A stretch of DNA of 64,000 bases from Escherichia coli (lineage in GTDB: Bacteria > Pseudomonadota > Gammaproteobacteria > Enterobacterales > Enterobacteriaceae): the NCBI RefSeq assembly GCF_050920415.1, contig NZ_CP169309.1; one strand, written 5' to 3'. The notes under the pieces were generated by a model that did no database searches, was not told the origin of the DNA, and saw only the letters and a list, made by a program, of their open reading frames with translations. The translations under genes were made by a program, and so were the position numbers. Below, in pieces: positions 36,925 to 48,860 of this stretch (positions within the stretch are counted from its first letter, which is position 1; every line of letters starts with the position of its first letter).

Positions 36925-38597
36925 TGGCTGCGCAAGGGTTCTTACTGATTGCCACGTTTTTACTGGTGTTAATGGTGCTGGCGCGCCCTTTGGGCAGTGG
37001 GCTGGCGCGGCTGATTAATGATATTCCTCTTCCTGGTACGACGGGCGTTGAGCGCGTACTCTTTCGTGTACTCGGCGTCTCTGGCCTTGAGATGAACTGG
37101 AAGCAGTATCTCTCTGCCATTCTCGGCCTGAACATGCTGGGGCTGGCGGTGCTGTTTTTTATGTTGCTCGGTCAGCACTATCTACCGCTTAACCCGCAGC
37201 AGTTACCGGGGCTGTCGTGGGATCTGGCGCTGAATACTGCCGTCAGCTTTGTCACTAATACCAACTGGCAATCTTATAGCGGTGAAACCACATTAAGCTA
37301 TTTCAGCCAGATGGTGGGCTTAACGGTACAAAACTTTCTTTCTGCCGCCAGCGGGATTGCGGTGATTTTTGCCCTCATTCGTGCATTTACCCGCCAGAGC
37401 ATGAGCACACTCGGCAATGCCTGGGTCGATCTGCTACGCATCACGTTATGGGTGTTAGCCCCGGTGGCGTTGTTGATCGCGCTGTTTTTTATTCAACAAG
37501 GTGCGTTGCAAAACTTTCTTCCCTATCAGTCGGTTACGACTGTTGAAGGGGCGCAACAGCTGTTACCAATGGGTCCGGTGGCTTCTCAGGAAGCGATCAA
37601 GATGCTCGGCACTAATGGCGGCGGTTTCTTTAATGCCAACTCATCGCATCCGTTTGAAAACCCGACCGCACTGACCAACTTCGTGCAGATGCTGGCGATC
37701 TTCTTGATCCCAACAGCGCTGTGCTTTGCCTTTGGTGAAGTGGCAGGCGATCGCCGCCAGGGGCGCATGTTGCTGTGGGCGATGTCAGTGATTTTTGTCA
37801 TCTGCGTAGGCGTGGTGATGTGGGCAGAAGTTCAGGGTAATCCTCATCTGCTGGCGCTGGGTGCGGACAGCAGCATCAATATGGAAGGTAAAGAGAGCCG
37901 TTTCGGCGTGCTGGTCAGTAGCCTGTTTGCGGTCGTGACTACGGCGGCTTCCTGTGGCGCGGTGATTGCGATGCATGATTCGTTTACCGCTCTCGGTGGC
38001 ATGGTGCCGATGTGGCTGATGCAAATTGGTGAAGTGGTATTCGGCGGTGTCGGTTCTGGTCTTTACGGCATGATGCTGTTCGTTCTGCTGGCGGTGTTTA
38101 TTGCCGGGCTGATGATTGGTCGTACACCGGAATATCTGGGTAAAAAAATCGACGTACGTGAGATGAAACTGACTGCACTGGCGATTCTGGTCACCCCGAC
38201 GCTGGTGCTGATGGGCGCGGCGCTGGCAATGATGACCGACGCCGGACGTAGCGCCATGCTCAACCCTGGCCCGCATGGTTTTAGCGAAGTGCTGTACGCC
38301 GTGTCATCCGCCGCTAACAACAACGGCAGCGCCTTTGCCGGCTTAAGCGCCAACTCTCCGTTCTGGAACTGTTTACTGGCGTTCTGCATGTTTGTCGGTC
38401 GCTTCGGGGTGATTATCCCGGTGATGGCGATTGCCGGTTCGCTGGTGAGTAAAAAGAGCCAGCCCGCCAGCTCCGGCACGCTACCAACGCACGGCCCGCT
38501 GTTTGTTGGTCTGTTGATCGGCACCGTGTTGCTGGTTGGCGCACTGACCTTTATCCCTGCCCTGGCGCTTGGTCCGGTGGCGGAATATCTCTCCTGA
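36924..38597 (+). CDS. kdpA: K+-transporting ATPase subunit A
   Basis: 557 aa from [16 protein letters not shown]. Confidence 0.96.
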   Translation: MAAQGFLLIATFLLVLMVLARPLGSGLARLINDIPLPGTTGVERVLFRVLGVSGLEMNWKQYLSAILGLNMLGLAVLFFMLLGQHYLPLNPQQLPGLSWDLALNTAVSFVTNTNWQSYSGETTLSYFSQMVGLTVQNFLSAASGIAVIFALIRAFTRQSMSTLGNAWVDLLRITLWVLAPVALLIALFFIQQGALQNFLPYQSVTTVEGAQQLLPMGPVASQEAIKMLGTNGGGFFNANSSHPFENPTALTNFVQMLAIFLIPTALCFAFGEVAGDRRQGRMLLWAMSVIFVICVGVVMWAEVQGNPHLLALGADSSINMEGKESRFGVLVSSLFAVVTTAASCGAVIAMHDSFTALGGMVPMWLMQIGEVVFGGVGSGLYGMMLFVLLAVFIAGLMIGRTPEYLGKKIDVREMKLTALAILVTPTLVLMGAALAMMTDAGRSAMLNPGPHGFSEVLYAVSSAANNNGSAFAGLSANSPFWNCLLAFCMFVGRFGVIIPVMAIAGSLVSKKSQPASSGTLPTHGPLFVGLLIGTVLLVGALTFIPALALGPVAEYLS

Positions 38598-38619
38598 TGA
38601 TATTGAGTGAGCACTGAAT

Positions 38620-40668
38620 ATGAGTCGTAAACAACTGGCGCTATTCGAACCAACACTTGTCGTTCAGGCGCTGAAAGAAGCGGTGAAAAAATTAAACCCG
38701 CAGGCGCAATGGCGTAATCCAGTGATGTTTATCGTCTGGATCGGCAGTCTGCTGACCACCTGTATTAGCATCGCGATGGCAAGCGGCGCGATGCCTGGCA
38801 ATGCGCTGTTTAGCGCGGCAATTAGCGGCTGGCTGTGGGTCACCGTACTGTTCGCTAATTTCGCCGAGGCGCTGGCAGAAGGCCGCAGTAAAGCGCAGGC
38901 CAACAGTCTGAAAGGGGTGAAAAAAACTGCCTTTGCCCGCAAGCTGCGTGAGCCGAAATATGGCGCTGTGGCAGACAAAGTTCCTGCCGATCAACTGCGT
39001 AAAGGCGATATCGTACTAGTAGAAGCTGGCGATATTATCCCCTGCGATGGTGAAGTCATTGAAGGGGGTGCATCGGTCGATGAAAGCGCCATCACTGGGG
39101 AATCGGCACCGGTGATCCGTGAATCCGGTGGCGATTTTGCCTCCGTCACTGGCGGCACGCGTATTCTTTCTGACTGGCTGGTGATTGAGTGCAGCGTTAA
39201 CCCCGGTGAGACATTTCTGGATCGGATGATCGCGATGGTGGAAGGCGCGCAGCGACGTAAAACGCCGAACGAGATTGCCCTGACCATTCTGCTGATTGCC
39301 CTGACTATCGTCTTTTTACTGGCAACCGCCACGCTGTGGCCGTTTTCCGCGTGGGGCGGTAATGCAGTCAGCGTAACGGTACTGGTGGCGCTGTTGGTCT
39401 GTCTGATCCCAACCACTATTGGCGGCCTGTTGTCAGCGATCGGCGTCGCCGGAATGAGTCGGATGCTGGGCGCGAATGTGATTGCCACCAGCGGACGTGC
39501 AGTTGAAGCGGCGGGCGACGTGGACGTCCTGCTGCTGGATAAAACCGGTACCATCACCCTCGGTAACCGTCAGGCATCAGAGTTTATCCCCGCGCAGGGC
39601 GTAGAGGAAAAAACGCTGGCCGACGCAGCACAACTGGCTTCGCTGGCCGACGAAACGCCGGAAGGCCGCAGTATTGTGATCCTCGCCAAGCAGCGTTTTA
39701 ACCTGCGCGAGCGCGATGTGCAGTCGCTTCACGCCACTTTTGTACCGTTTACTGCGCAAAGTCGAATGAGCGGGATCAATATCGACAACCGTATGATCCG
39801 TAAAGGTTCTGTCGATGCCATTCGCCGCCATGTTGAGGCTAACGGTGGTCACTTCCCTGCCGATGTTGATCAAAAAGTCGATCAGGTTGCGCGTCAGGGG
39901 GCCACGCCGTTGGTGGTGGTGGAAGGTTCCCGTGTGCTGGGCGTTATTGCGCTGAAAGATATCGTCAAAGGCGGTATTAAAGAGCGCTTCGCCCAGCTGC
40001 GCCAAATGGGCATAAAAACGGTGATGATTACTGGCGATAACCGTCTGACTGCCGCCGCCATTGCTGCGGAAGCGGGCGTCGATGATTTTCTCGCTGAAGC
40101 GACACCGGAGGCCAAGCTGGCATTGATCCGTCAGTATCAGGCGGAAGGCCGTTTGGTGGCGATGACCGGCGACGGCACCAACGATGCTCCGGCGCTGGCG
40201 CAGGCAGATGTCGCGGTGGCGATGAACTCAGGTACTCAGGCGGCGAAAGAAGCGGGCAATATGGTGGATCTCGACTCTAACCCGACCAAGTTGATCGAGG
40301 TGGTGCATATTGGCAAACAGATGCTGATGACCCGTGGCTCGCTGACCACCTTCAGCATTGCCAACGATGTGGCGAAATACTTCGCCATTATTCCGGCGGC
40401 GTTCGCGGCAACGTATCCGCAGTTAAATGCGCTGAACATCATGCGCCTGCATTCGCCCGACTCCGCCATTCTCAGTGCGGTCATTTTCAACGCCTTGATT
40501 ATCGTCTTTTTGATTCCCCTGGCGTTAAAAGGCGTGAGTTATAAACCGCTTACCGCTTCTGCCATGTTGCGCCGTAACTTATGGATTTACGGTCTGGGTG
40601 GGCTGCTGGTGCCGTTTATTGGTATCAAAGTCATTGATTTACTGCTGACCGTTTGCGGTCTGGTGTGA
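38620..40668 (+). CDS. kdpB: K+-transporting P-type ATPase subunit B
   Basis: 682 aa, DKTGTIT phosphorylation motif, [11 protein letters not shown]. Confidence 0.97.
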   Translation: MSRKQLALFEPTLVVQALKEAVKKLNPQAQWRNPVMFIVWIGSLLTTCISIAMASGAMPGNALFSAAISGWLWVTVLFANFAEALAEGRSKAQANSLKGVKKTAFARKLREPKYGAVADKVPADQLRKGDIVLVEAGDIIPCDGEVIEGGASVDESAITGESAPVIRESGGDFASVTGGTRILSDWLVIECSVNPGETFLDRMIAMVEGAQRRKTPNEIALTILLIALTIVFLLATATLWPFSAWGGNAVSVTVLVALLVCLIPTTIGGLLSAIGVAGMSRMLGANVIATSGRAVEAAGDVDVLLLDKTGTITLGNRQASEFIPAQGVEEKTLADAAQLASLADETPEGRSIVILAKQRFNLRERDVQSLHATFVPFTAQSRMSGINIDNRMIRKGSVDAIRRHVEANGGHFPADVDQKVDQVARQGATPLVVVEGSRVLGVIALKDIVKGGIKERFAQLRQMGIKTVMITGDNRLTAAAIAAEAGVDDFLAEATPEAKLALIRQYQAEGRLVAMTGDGTNDAPALAQADVAVAMNSGTQAAKEAGNMVDLDSNPTKLIEVVHIGKQMLMTRGSLTTFSIANDVAKYFAIIPAAFAATYPQLNALNIMRLHSPDSAILSAVIFNALIIVFLIPLALKGVSYKPLTASAMLRRNLWIYGLGGLLVPFIGIKVIDLLLTVCGLV

Positions 40669-40676
40669 GGTTTACC

Positions 40677-41249
40677 ATGCGTGGATTACGTCCGGCATTA
40701 TCAACATTTCTCTTTTTGTTACTGATTACTGGCGGTGTTTACCCGCTGCTGACCACCGCGCTGGGGCAATGGTGGTTTCCCTGGCAGGCCAATGGTTCGT
40801 TGATTCGCGAAGGTGATACGGTGCGCGGCTCGGCATTAATCGGGCAGAATTTTACCGGCAACGGCTATTTTCATGGTCGCCCGTCGGCAACGGCAGAAAT
40901 GCCCTATAATCCACAGGCTTCTGGCGGGAGCAATCTGGCGGTTAGTAACCCGGAGCTGGATAAACAAATCGCTGCACGCGTTGCCGCATTACGGGCCGCT
41001 AACCCGGACGCCAGCACGAGCGTTCCGGTTGAACTGGTGACGGCGTCAGCAAGCGGGCTGGACAATAACATTACCCCGCAAGCGGCGGTCTGGCAGATCC
41101 CACGCGTGGCGAAAGCGCGTAATCTCAGCGTTGAACAGCTCACGCAACTGGTCGCAAAATACAGCCAACAACCGCTGGTGAAATATATCGGCCAGCCGGT
41201 CGTCAATATTGTCGAACTCAATCTGGCGCTGGATAAGCTTGATGAATAA
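40677..41249 (+). CDS. kdpC: K+-transporting ATPase subunit C
   Basis: 190 aa from [20 protein letters not shown]. Confidence 0.95.
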   Translation: MRGLRPALSTFLFLLLITGGVYPLLTTALGQWWFPWQANGSLIREGDTVRGSALIGQNFTGNGYFHGRPSATAEMPYNPQASGGSNLAVSNPELDKQIAARVAALRAANPDASTSVPVELVTASASGLDNNITPQAAVWQIPRVAKARNLSVEQLTQLVAKYSQQPLVKYIGQPVVNIVELNLALDKLDE

Positions 41250-43926
41250 CGAACCCTTACGTCCCGACCCCGATCGTCTGCTGGAACAAACTGCCGCGCC
41301 GCATCGGGGGAAGCTGAAAGTTTTTTTCGGTGCCTGTGCAGGCGTCGGGAAGACCTGGGCGATGCTGGCAGAAGCCCAGCGACTGCGGGCGCAAGGGCTG
41401 GATATTGTGGTTGGCGTGGTTGAAACTCACGGACGGAAAGATACCGCCGCAATGCTGGAAGGGCTGGCTGTTCTGCCGCTAAAACGCCAGGCGTACCGTG
41501 GGCGGCATATCAGCGAGTTTGATCTCGATGCCGCCCTCGCCCGCCGTCCGGCGCTGATCTTAATGGACGAACTGGCGCACAGTAATGCGCCAGGTTCTCG
41601 TCATCCTAAACGCTGGCAGGACATCGAAGAGCTGCTGGAAGCGGGCATTGATGTTTTCACGACCGTCAACGTTCAGCATCTGGAAAGCCTGAATGATGTG
41701 GTCAGTGGCGTCACCGGAATTCAGGTGCGGGAAACCGTGCCCGATCCCTTTTTTGATGCTGCCGACGACGTAGTGCTGGTGGACTTGCCCCCGGACGATC
41801 TGCGTCAACGGCTGAAAGAAGGCAAAGTCTATATTGCCGGGCAGGCGGAGCGCGCCATTGAACATTTTTTCCGCAAAGGCAATCTGATCGCTCTGCGAGA
41901 ACTGGCACTGCGCCGTACTGCCGATCGCGTAGATGAACAAATGCGCGCCTGGCGGGGGCATCCTGGCGAAGAGAAAGTCTGGCACACGCGCGACGCGATT
42001 CTTTTATGTATTGGGCATAACACCGGCAGTGAGAAACTGGTCCGCGCGGCGGCGCGGCTGGCATCGCGCCTTGGGAGCGTCTGGCACGCGGTGTATGTTG
42101 AAACCCCTGCCCTGAATCGCTTACCGGAGAAAAAACGTCGGGCAATTCTCAGCGCCTTACGTCTGGCGCAGGAGCTGGGCGCGGAGACGGCAACACTTTC
42201 TGATCCGACGAAAGAGAAAGCCGTAGTGCGTTATGCCCGTGAACATAATCTCGGCAAGATTATTCTCGGTCGCCCGGCCTCGCGCCGCTGGTGGCATCGG
42301 GAAACGTTTGCTGACCGACTGGCGCGCATCGCCCCCGATCTCGATCAGGTGCTGGTCGCGCTTGATGAACCACCCGCCCGCCCGCTTAATAACGCGCCGG
42401 ATAGCCGCTCTTTTAAAGACAAGTGGCGGGTACAGATTCAGGGGTGCGTGGTTGCCGCCGCGTTATGTGCCGTTATCACCTTAATTGCCATGCAGTGGCT
42501 GATGGCGTTTGATGCCGCCAACCTGGTGATGCTGTATCTGCTTGGCGTGGTGGTGGTGGCGCTATTTTATGGACGCTGGCCTTCGGTGCTTGCTACCGTC
42601 ATTAATGTGGTGAGTTTCGATCTCTTTTTTATCGCCCCACGCGGCACGCTCGCCGTCTCTGATGTGCAATATCTGCTGACCTTCGCGGTGATGTTAACCG
42701 TCGGGCTGGTGATCGGGAACCTTACTGCTGGCGTGCGTTATCAGGCGCGGGTAGCCCGTTACCGCGAACAACGCACACGGCACTTATATGAAATGTCGAA
42801 AGCTCTGGCTGTGGGCCGCAGTCCGCAGGACATCGCCGCCACCAGCGAACAATTTATTGCTTCCACGTTTCATGCCCGCAGCCAGGTGTTGTTGCCCGAT
42901 GACAACGGTAAATTGCAGCCGTTGACACATCCGCAAGGAATGACGCCGTGGGAAGATGCCATCGCGCAGTGGAGTTTTGATAAAGGCCTGCCTGCGGGCG
43001 CGGGCACCGATACGTTACCCGGTGTGCCATACCAGATTTTGCCGTTAAAAAGCGGCGAGAAAACCTACGGACTGGTGATGGTGGAACCGGGGAATCTGCG
43101 CCAGTTGATGATCCCGGAACAGCAACGCCTGCTGGAGACGTTCACGCTGTTAGTTGCCAATGCCCTGGAACGCCTGGCGCTGACCGCCAGCGAAGAACAG
43201 GCGCGGATGGCAAGCGAACGAGAACAGATCCGCAACGCCCTGCTGGCGGCGCTTTCGCATGATTTACGCACGCCGCTTACGGTGCTGTTCGGTCAGGCAG
43301 AAATCTTAACGCTCGATCTGGCAAGCGAAGGATCGCCTCACGCCCGCCAGGCCAGCGAGATTCGTCAGCATGTGCTGAACACGACCCGACTGGTGAATAA
43401 TCTACTGGATATGGCGCGAATTCAGTCCGGCGGCTTTAATTTGAAGAAAGAGTGGTTAACGCTGGAAGAAGTGGTCGGTAGCGCGCTACAAATGCTGGAA
43501 CCGGGATTATCATCGCCCATCAACCTGTCTTTGCCAGAACCGCTGACCTTAATCCACGTTGATGGGCCACTCTTTGAACGGGTGCTGATTAATCTGCTGG
43601 AGAACGCGGTGAAATACGCGGGTGCGCAGGCCGAAATTGGTATCGATGCCCACGTTGAGGGCGAAAATCTACAACTGGATGTCTGGGATAACGGCCCCGG
43701 TCTTCCACAAGGCCTGGAGCAGACGATATTCGATAAGTTTGCTCGTGGAAATAAAGAGTCGGCAGTGCCGGGCGTCGGGCTTGGGCTGGCAATTTGTCGG
43801 GCGATTGTGGATGTACACAGCGGCACCATTACCGCGTTCAACCGACCGCAAGGTGGTGCCTGTTTTCGTGTTACACTTCCCCAGCAAACAGCCCCTGAAC
43901 TTGAAGAATTTCATGAGGATATGTGA
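41242..43926 (+). CDS. kdpD: Sensor histidine kinase KdpD
   Basis: 894 aa from [15 protein letters not shown]-box [13 protein letters not shown]. Confidence 0.96.
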   Translation: MNNEPLRPDPDRLLEQTAAPHRGKLKVFFGACAGVGKTWAMLAEAQRLRAQGLDIVVGVVETHGRKDTAAMLEGLAVLPLKRQAYRGRHISEFDLDAALARRPALILMDELAHSNAPGSRHPKRWQDIEELLEAGIDVFTTVNVQHLESLNDVVSGVTGIQVRETVPDPFFDAADDVVLVDLPPDDLRQRLKEGKVYIAGQAERAIEHFFRKGNLIALRELALRRTADRVDEQMRAWRGHPGEEKVWHTRDAILLCIGHNTGSEKLVRAAARLASRLGSVWHAVYVETPALNRLPEKKRRAILSALRLAQELGAETATLSDPTKEKAVVRYAREHNLGKIILGRPASRRWWHRETFADRLARIAPDLDQVLVALDEPPARPLNNAPDSRSFKDKWRVQIQGCVVAAALCAVITLIAMQWLMAFDAANLVMLYLLGVVVVALFYGRWPSVLATVINVVSFDLFFIAPRGTLAVSDVQYLLTFAVMLTVGLVIGNLTAGVRYQARVARYREQRTRHLYEMSKALAVGRSPQDIAATSEQFIASTFHARSQVLLPDDNGKLQPLTHPQGMTPWEDAIAQWSFDKGLPAGAGTDTLPGVPYQILPLKSGEKTYGLVMVEPGNLRQLMIPEQQRLLETFTLLVANALERLALTASEEQARMASEREQIRNALLAALSHDLRTPLTVLFGQAEILTLDLASEGSPHARQASEIRQHVLNTTRLVNNLLDMARIQSGGFNLKKEWLTLEEVVGSALQMLEPGLSSPINLSLPEPLTLIHVDGPLFERVLINLLENAVKYAGAQAEIGIDAHVEGENLQLDVWDNGPGLPQGLEQTIFDKFARGNKESAVPGVGLGLAICRAIVDVHSGTITAFNRPQGGACFRVTLPQQTAPELEEFHEDM

Positions 43927-44600
43927 CAAACGTTCTGATTGTTGAAGATGAACAGGCTATTCGTCGCTTTCTGCGCACAGCGCTGGAGGGCGATGGGATG
44001 CGCGTTTTTGAAGCCGAAACGCTGCAACGGGGGCTGCTGGAAGCGGCGACTCGTAAGCCAGATTTGATTATTCTCGATCTCGGCCTGCCAGACGGTGATG
44101 GGATTGAGTTTATCCGCGACCTGCGCCAGTGGAGCTCGGTGCCAGTAATTGTGCTTTCCGCCCGCAGCGAAGAGAGCGACAAAATCGCCGCGCTGGATGC
44201 CGGAGCGGATGATTACCTGAGTAAGCCATTTGGTATTGGCGAATTACAGGCCCGTCTGCGCGTTGCTTTACGTCGCCACTCCGCCACCACCGCGCCCGAG
44301 CCGCTGGTGAAATTTTCTGATGTTACCGTCGATTTAGCCGCCCGCGTGATTCACCGCGGTGAGGAAGAGGTGCATCTCACCCCGATTGAATTCCGCCTGC
44401 TGGCGGTGCTGCTCAACAATGCCGGAAAAGTGCTCACCCAGCGCCAGCTTCTCAACCAGGTGTGGGGACCAAACGCGGTCGAACACAGCCACTATTTGCG
44501 TATTTATATGGGACATCTGCGACAAAAACTGGAGCAAGATCCCGCCCGCCCTCGCCATTTTATTACTGAAACCGGTATTGGGTATCGGTTTATGCCATGA
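43923..44600 (+). CDS. kdpE: Response regulator KdpE
   Basis: 225 aa OmpR-family; ATGA overlap with kdpD. Confidence 0.96.
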   Translation: MTNVLIVEDEQAIRRFLRTALEGDGMRVFEAETLQRGLLEAATRKPDLIILDLGLPDGDGIEFIRDLRQWSSVPVIVLSARSEESDKIAALDAGADDYLSKPFGIGELQARLRVALRRHSATTAPEPLVKFSDVTVDLAARVIHRGEEEVHLTPIEFRLLAVLLNNAGKVLTQRQLLNQVWGPNAVEHSHYLRIYMGHLRQKLEQDPARPRHFITETGIGYRFMP

Positions 44601-44645
44601 ATTATTATTCAATAAATACGCTTAACTAATTATTAATTCATTATT

Positions 44646-44686
44646 AAACCTGCCCCGAAAATTATTATTTGGCAGGTTTAATTTCT
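44646..44686. terminator. Rho-independent terminator after kdpE
   Basis: aaacctgcc...ggcaggttt hairpin followed by aatttctt. Confidence 0.75.
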
Positions 44687-44874
44687 TAATGAAAATATAA
44701 CCTACGAAATTACAACATTTAAACAACAAAACAGCATCTAATATGGCGCCACTCTTAATTAACGATTTATTATTTTGGGCGTGATCGTTTTTTGTTGATC
44801 TTCTTCACAGTTTATAGCCTTTTCATGGATAGAATAACTCTACCTTCAACTGACACAGCAAAAGGTAAAGGTAA

Positions 44875-44979
44875 ATGGAAAATAATAACCGCTTAATGCC
44901 TCATATAAGGCGGACAACCCATATCATGAAGTTTGCCCATCGTAATAGTTTTGACTTTCATTTCTTTAATGCCCGTTAG
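44875..44979 (+). CDS. speFL: speF leader arrest peptide
   Basis: 34 aa MENNNRLMPHIRRTTHIMKFAHRNSFDFHFFNAR, about 300 nt upstream of speF. Confidence 0.8.
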   Translation: MENNNRLMPHIRRTTHIMKFAHRNSFDFHFFNAR

Positions 44980-45289
44980 TCTTCTGACTAAAGGGCACCC
45001 CAGCGTACAGGTCTCCCTGACTTTAAGCATTACAGGTTAATACCTGTATCCCTCGGTGCTCATATACTGCTAACCCTTTTAAACTCTAAATAATTCAAGT
45101 CGCAGCACTAGCAACTTGAAGTATGACGAGTATAGCCAGTTACCGGGCTGGTCTGGGTTATTGCATCTGCAAAAAGCAAACTACTGATTTATTTATCAGC
45201 GGTGGAGTTTTGCTTTTTTTCCGGCGTGATCGATTTCTCCTTTGAGAAATTGAGGACCTGCTATTACCTGAAATAAAGAGATGAACAAA

Positions 45290-47488
45290 ATGTCAGAATT
45301 AAAAATTGCCGTTAGTCGTTCTTGCCCGGATTGTTTTTCCACTCATCGTGCATGCGTGAATATTGACGAAAGTAATTATATTGACGTTGCCGCCATTATT
45401 TTGTCGGTCAATGATGTTGAACGTGGAAAACTCGATGAAATAGACGCTACTGGCTATGGCATTCCTATTTTTATTGCAACGGAAAATGAAGAACGTGTAC
45501 CAGCAGAATATCTGCCACGTATTACTGGTGTCTTCGAGCATTGCGAATCACGGAAAGAATTTTACGGACGTCAGTTAGAAACCGCCGCCAGCCATTATGA
45601 AACGCAGCTGCGCCCGCCCTTCTTCCGCGCACTGGTCGATTATGTCAATCAGGGCAATAGCGCTTTTGACTGCCCGGGTCATCAGGGGGGTGAGTTTTTC
45701 CGTCGCCATCCGGCAGGCAATCAGTTCGTGGAATATTTTGGCGAAATGCTCTTCCGCTCCGACTTGTGTAATGCCGACGTAGCAATGGGCGATCTACTGA
45801 TTCATGAAGGTGCGCCATGCATTGCACAGCAACATGCAGCTAAAGTGTTTAATGCCGATAAAACGTACTTTGTTTTAAACGGCACCTCCTCTTCCAACAA
45901 AGTGGTTTTAAACGCCCTGCTAACACCGGGTGATCTGGTGCTGTTTGACCGCAATAACCATAAGTCTAACCACCACGGGGCCTTGCTACAGGCTGGTGCA
46001 ACACCGGTTTATCTGGAAACAGCACGTAACCCGTATGGTTTTATCGGTGGTATTGATGCGCACTGCTTCGAAGAAAGTTATCTGCGTGAACTGATTAAAG
46101 AAGTTGCACCGCAACGGGCAAAAGAGGCGCGTCCGTTCCGCCTCGCTGTGATTCAGTTAGGCACCTACGACGGTACTATTTATAACGCCCGCCAGGTGGT
46201 GGATAAAATCGGTCATCTGTGTGACTACATCCTGTTTGACTCAGCATGGGTCGGCTATGAACAGTTTATTCCGATGATGGCGGACTGTTCGCCGCTGCTA
46301 CTGGAGCTTAATGAGAACGATCCGGGTATTCTGGTTACGCAATCTGTACATAAGCAGCAGGCTGGTTTTTCCCAGACTTCACAAATTCATAAAAAAGACA
46401 GCCATATCAAAGGGCAACAGCGTTATGTCCCGCACAAACGCATGAACAACGCCTTTATGATGCACGCCTCCACCAGCCCGTTCTATCCGCTGTTTGCCGC
46501 ACTGGATATTAACGCCAAAATGCATGAAGGTGTCAGCGGTCGTAATATGTGGATGGATTGTGTGGTTAACGGTATTAATGCCCGCAAATTGATCCTCGAT
46601 AACTGTCAGCACATTCGTCCGTTCGTTCCTGAACTGGTGGATGGTAAACCCTGGCAATCGTATGAAACAGCGCAAATTGCGGTTGATCTGCGCTTCTTTA
46701 AATTTGTACCCGGTGAGCACTGGCATTCTTTTGAAGGTTACGCAGAGAATCAATACTTTGTCGATCCGTGCAAACTGTTGCTGACAACTCCTGGCATTGA
46801 TGCACGTAACGGCGAATATGAAGCATTCGGTGTACCCGCGACGATTCTTGCTAACTTCCTGCGCGAAAATGGCGTAGTGCCGGAAAAATGCGATCTTAAC
46901 TCCATCCTCTTCCTGCTGACTCCGGCAGAAGATATGGCCAAACTGCAGCAACTTGTTGCCCTGCTGGTACGCTTCGAAAAACTACTGGAAGCTGATGCGC
47001 CTCTGGCGGAAGTATTGCCTTCCATCTACAAACAGCATGAAGAGCGCTACGCCGGTTATACCCTGCGTCAGTTGTGCCAGGAAATGCATGATTTGTATGC
47101 CCGTCACAACGTGAAACAACTGCAAAAAGAGATGTTCCGTAAGGAACACTTCCCACGCGTCAGCATGAATCCACAGGAAGCCAACTATGCCTACTTACGC
47201 GGTGAAGTGGAACTGGTTCGTCTGCCGGATGCAGAAGGCCGTATCGCAGCCGAAGGTGCGCTTCCTTATCCTCCGGGTGTGCTGTGTGTTGTTCCGGGTG
47301 AAATCTGGGGTGGTGCTGTTCTGCGTTACTTCAGCGCTCTGGAAGAAGGGATCAACCTGCTGCCAGGTTTTGCACCGGAGCTGCAGGGTGTCTATATCGA
47401 AGAACATGATGGTCGTAAGCAAGTTTGGTGCTATGTCATCAAGCCTCGTGATGCGCAAAGCACCCTGTTGAAAGGGGAAAAATTATGA
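45290..47488 (+). CDS. speF: Inducible ornithine decarboxylase
   Basis: 732 aa from MSELKIAVSRSCPDCF. Confidence 0.96.
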   Translation: MSELKIAVSRSCPDCFSTHRACVNIDESNYIDVAAIILSVNDVERGKLDEIDATGYGIPIFIATENEERVPAEYLPRITGVFEHCESRKEFYGRQLETAASHYETQLRPPFFRALVDYVNQGNSAFDCPGHQGGEFFRRHPAGNQFVEYFGEMLFRSDLCNADVAMGDLLIHEGAPCIAQQHAAKVFNADKTYFVLNGTSSSNKVVLNALLTPGDLVLFDRNNHKSNHHGALLQAGATPVYLETARNPYGFIGGIDAHCFEESYLRELIKEVAPQRAKEARPFRLAVIQLGTYDGTIYNARQVVDKIGHLCDYILFDSAWVGYEQFIPMMADCSPLLLELNENDPGILVTQSVHKQQAGFSQTSQIHKKDSHIKGQQRYVPHKRMNNAFMMHASTSPFYPLFAALDINAKMHEGVSGRNMWMDCVVNGINARKLILDNCQHIRPFVPELVDGKPWQSYETAQIAVDLRFFKFVPGEHWHSFEGYAENQYFVDPCKLLLTTPGIDARNGEYEAFGVPATILANFLRENGVVPEKCDLNSILFLLTPAEDMAKLQQLVALLVRFEKLLEADAPLAEVLPSIYKQHEERYAGYTLRQLCQEMHDLYARHNVKQLQKEMFRKEHFPRVSMNPQEANYAYLRGEVELVRLPDAEGRIAAEGALPYPPGVLCVVPGEIWGGAVLRYFSALEEGINLLPGFAPELQGVYIEEHDGRKQVWCYVIKPRDAQSTLLKGEKL

Positions 47489-48804
47489 GTCAGGCTAAAT
47501 CGAACAAAATGGGCGTCGTTCAGTTAACCATACTGACGATGGTCAACATGATGGGCTCCGGCATCATCATGCTGCCGACAAAGCTTGCCGAAGTTGGGAC
47601 AATCTCAATAATCTCCTGGTTGGTGACAGCCGTAGGCTCAATGGCGCTGGCATGGGCATTCGCAAAATGCGGTATGTTCAGCCGTAAATCAGGCGGTATG
47701 GGCGGTTATGCCGAGTATGCTTTCGGTAAATCCGGTAACTTTATGGCGAACTATACCTACGGCGTCTCGCTGCTGATTGCTAACGTGGCGATTGCTATTT
47801 CGGCAGTTGGTTACGGCACCGAACTGCTCGGCGCGAGTTTGTCACCAGTGCAGATTGGTCTGGCAACCATCGGAGTGCTGTGGATTTGTACCGTGGCTAA
47901 CTTTGGTGGTGCGCGCATTACCGGGCAAATCAGTAGCATTACCGTGTGGGGGGTCATTATTCCGGTGGTAGGCCTGTGCGTTATCGGCTGGTTCTGGTTT
48001 AGCCCGACACTTTACGTTGATTCCTGGAATCCGCATCATGCACCGTTCTTCAGTGCGGTAGGTTCTTCCATCGCCATGACGCTGTGGGCTTTTCTTGGTC
48101 TGGAGTCTGCGTGTGCGAATACTGATGTAGTGGAAAACCCGGAACGTAATGTGCCAATCGCGGTACTCGGCGGTACGTTAGGTGCGGCGGTGATTTATAT
48201 CGTCTCCACCAACGTGATTGCCGGGATTGTGCCCAATATGGAGCTGGCAAATTCAACGGCACCATTTGGTCTGGCCTTCGCGCAAATGTTCACACCGGAA
48301 GTGGGTAAAGTCATTATGGCGCTGATGGTGATGTCCTGCTGCGGTTCGCTACTTGGCTGGCAGTTCACCATTGCCCAGGTGTTTAAATCTTCATCTGATG
48401 AAGGCTACTTCCCTAAAATTTTCTCCCGTGTAACCAAAGTGGATGCACCGGTTCAGGGGATGTTGACCATTGTGATTATTCAGAGTGGATTGGCACTGAT
48501 GACCATTAGCCCGTCACTGAACAGCCAGTTCAACGTGCTGGTTAACCTGGCCGTGGTGACCAATATCATCCCATATATTCTGTCGATGGCGGCATTAGTC
48601 ATTATTCAGAAGGTCGCCAATGTGCCACCATCAAAAGCGAAAGTAGCAAACTTTGTTGCCTTTGTTGGTGCGATGTACAGTTTCTATGCGCTGTACTCAT
48701 CCGGGGAAGAAGCCATGCTGTACGGTTCCATCGTGACCTTCCTTGGTTGGACACTGTATGGTCTGGTATCACCACGCTTTGAACTGAAAAACAAACACGG
48801 TTAA
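47485..48804 (+). CDS. potE: Putrescine-ornithine antiporter
   Basis: 439 aa APC-family ORF, ATGA overlap with speF. Confidence 0.96.
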   Translation: MSQAKSNKMGVVQLTILTMVNMMGSGIIMLPTKLAEVGTISIISWLVTAVGSMALAWAFAKCGMFSRKSGGMGGYAEYAFGKSGNFMANYTYGVSLLIANVAIAISAVGYGTELLGASLSPVQIGLATIGVLWICTVANFGGARITGQISSITVWGVIIPVVGLCVIGWFWFSPTLYVDSWNPHHAPFFSAVGSSIAMTLWAFLGLESACANTDVVENPERNVPIAVLGGTLGAAVIYIVSTNVIAGIVPNMELANSTAPFGLAFAQMFTPEVGKVIMALMVMSCCGSLLGWQFTIAQVFKSSSDEGYFPKIFSRVTKVDAPVQGMLTIVIIQSGLALMTISPSLNSQFNVLVNLAVVTNIIPYILSMAALVIIQKVANVPPSKAKVANFVAFVGAMYSFYALYSSGEEAMLYGSIVTFLGWTLYGLVSPRFELKNKHG

Positions 48805-48817
48805 AAAAGCGAAATAA

Positions 48818-48848
48818 AAAAGGGCGATCTTCCGACCGCCCTTTTTCT
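48818..48848. terminator. Bidirectional rho-independent terminator between potE and pgm
   Basis: aaaaaagggcgatcttccgaccgccctttttc. Confidence 0.8.
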
Positions 48849-48860
48849 TATTTAATGTGT

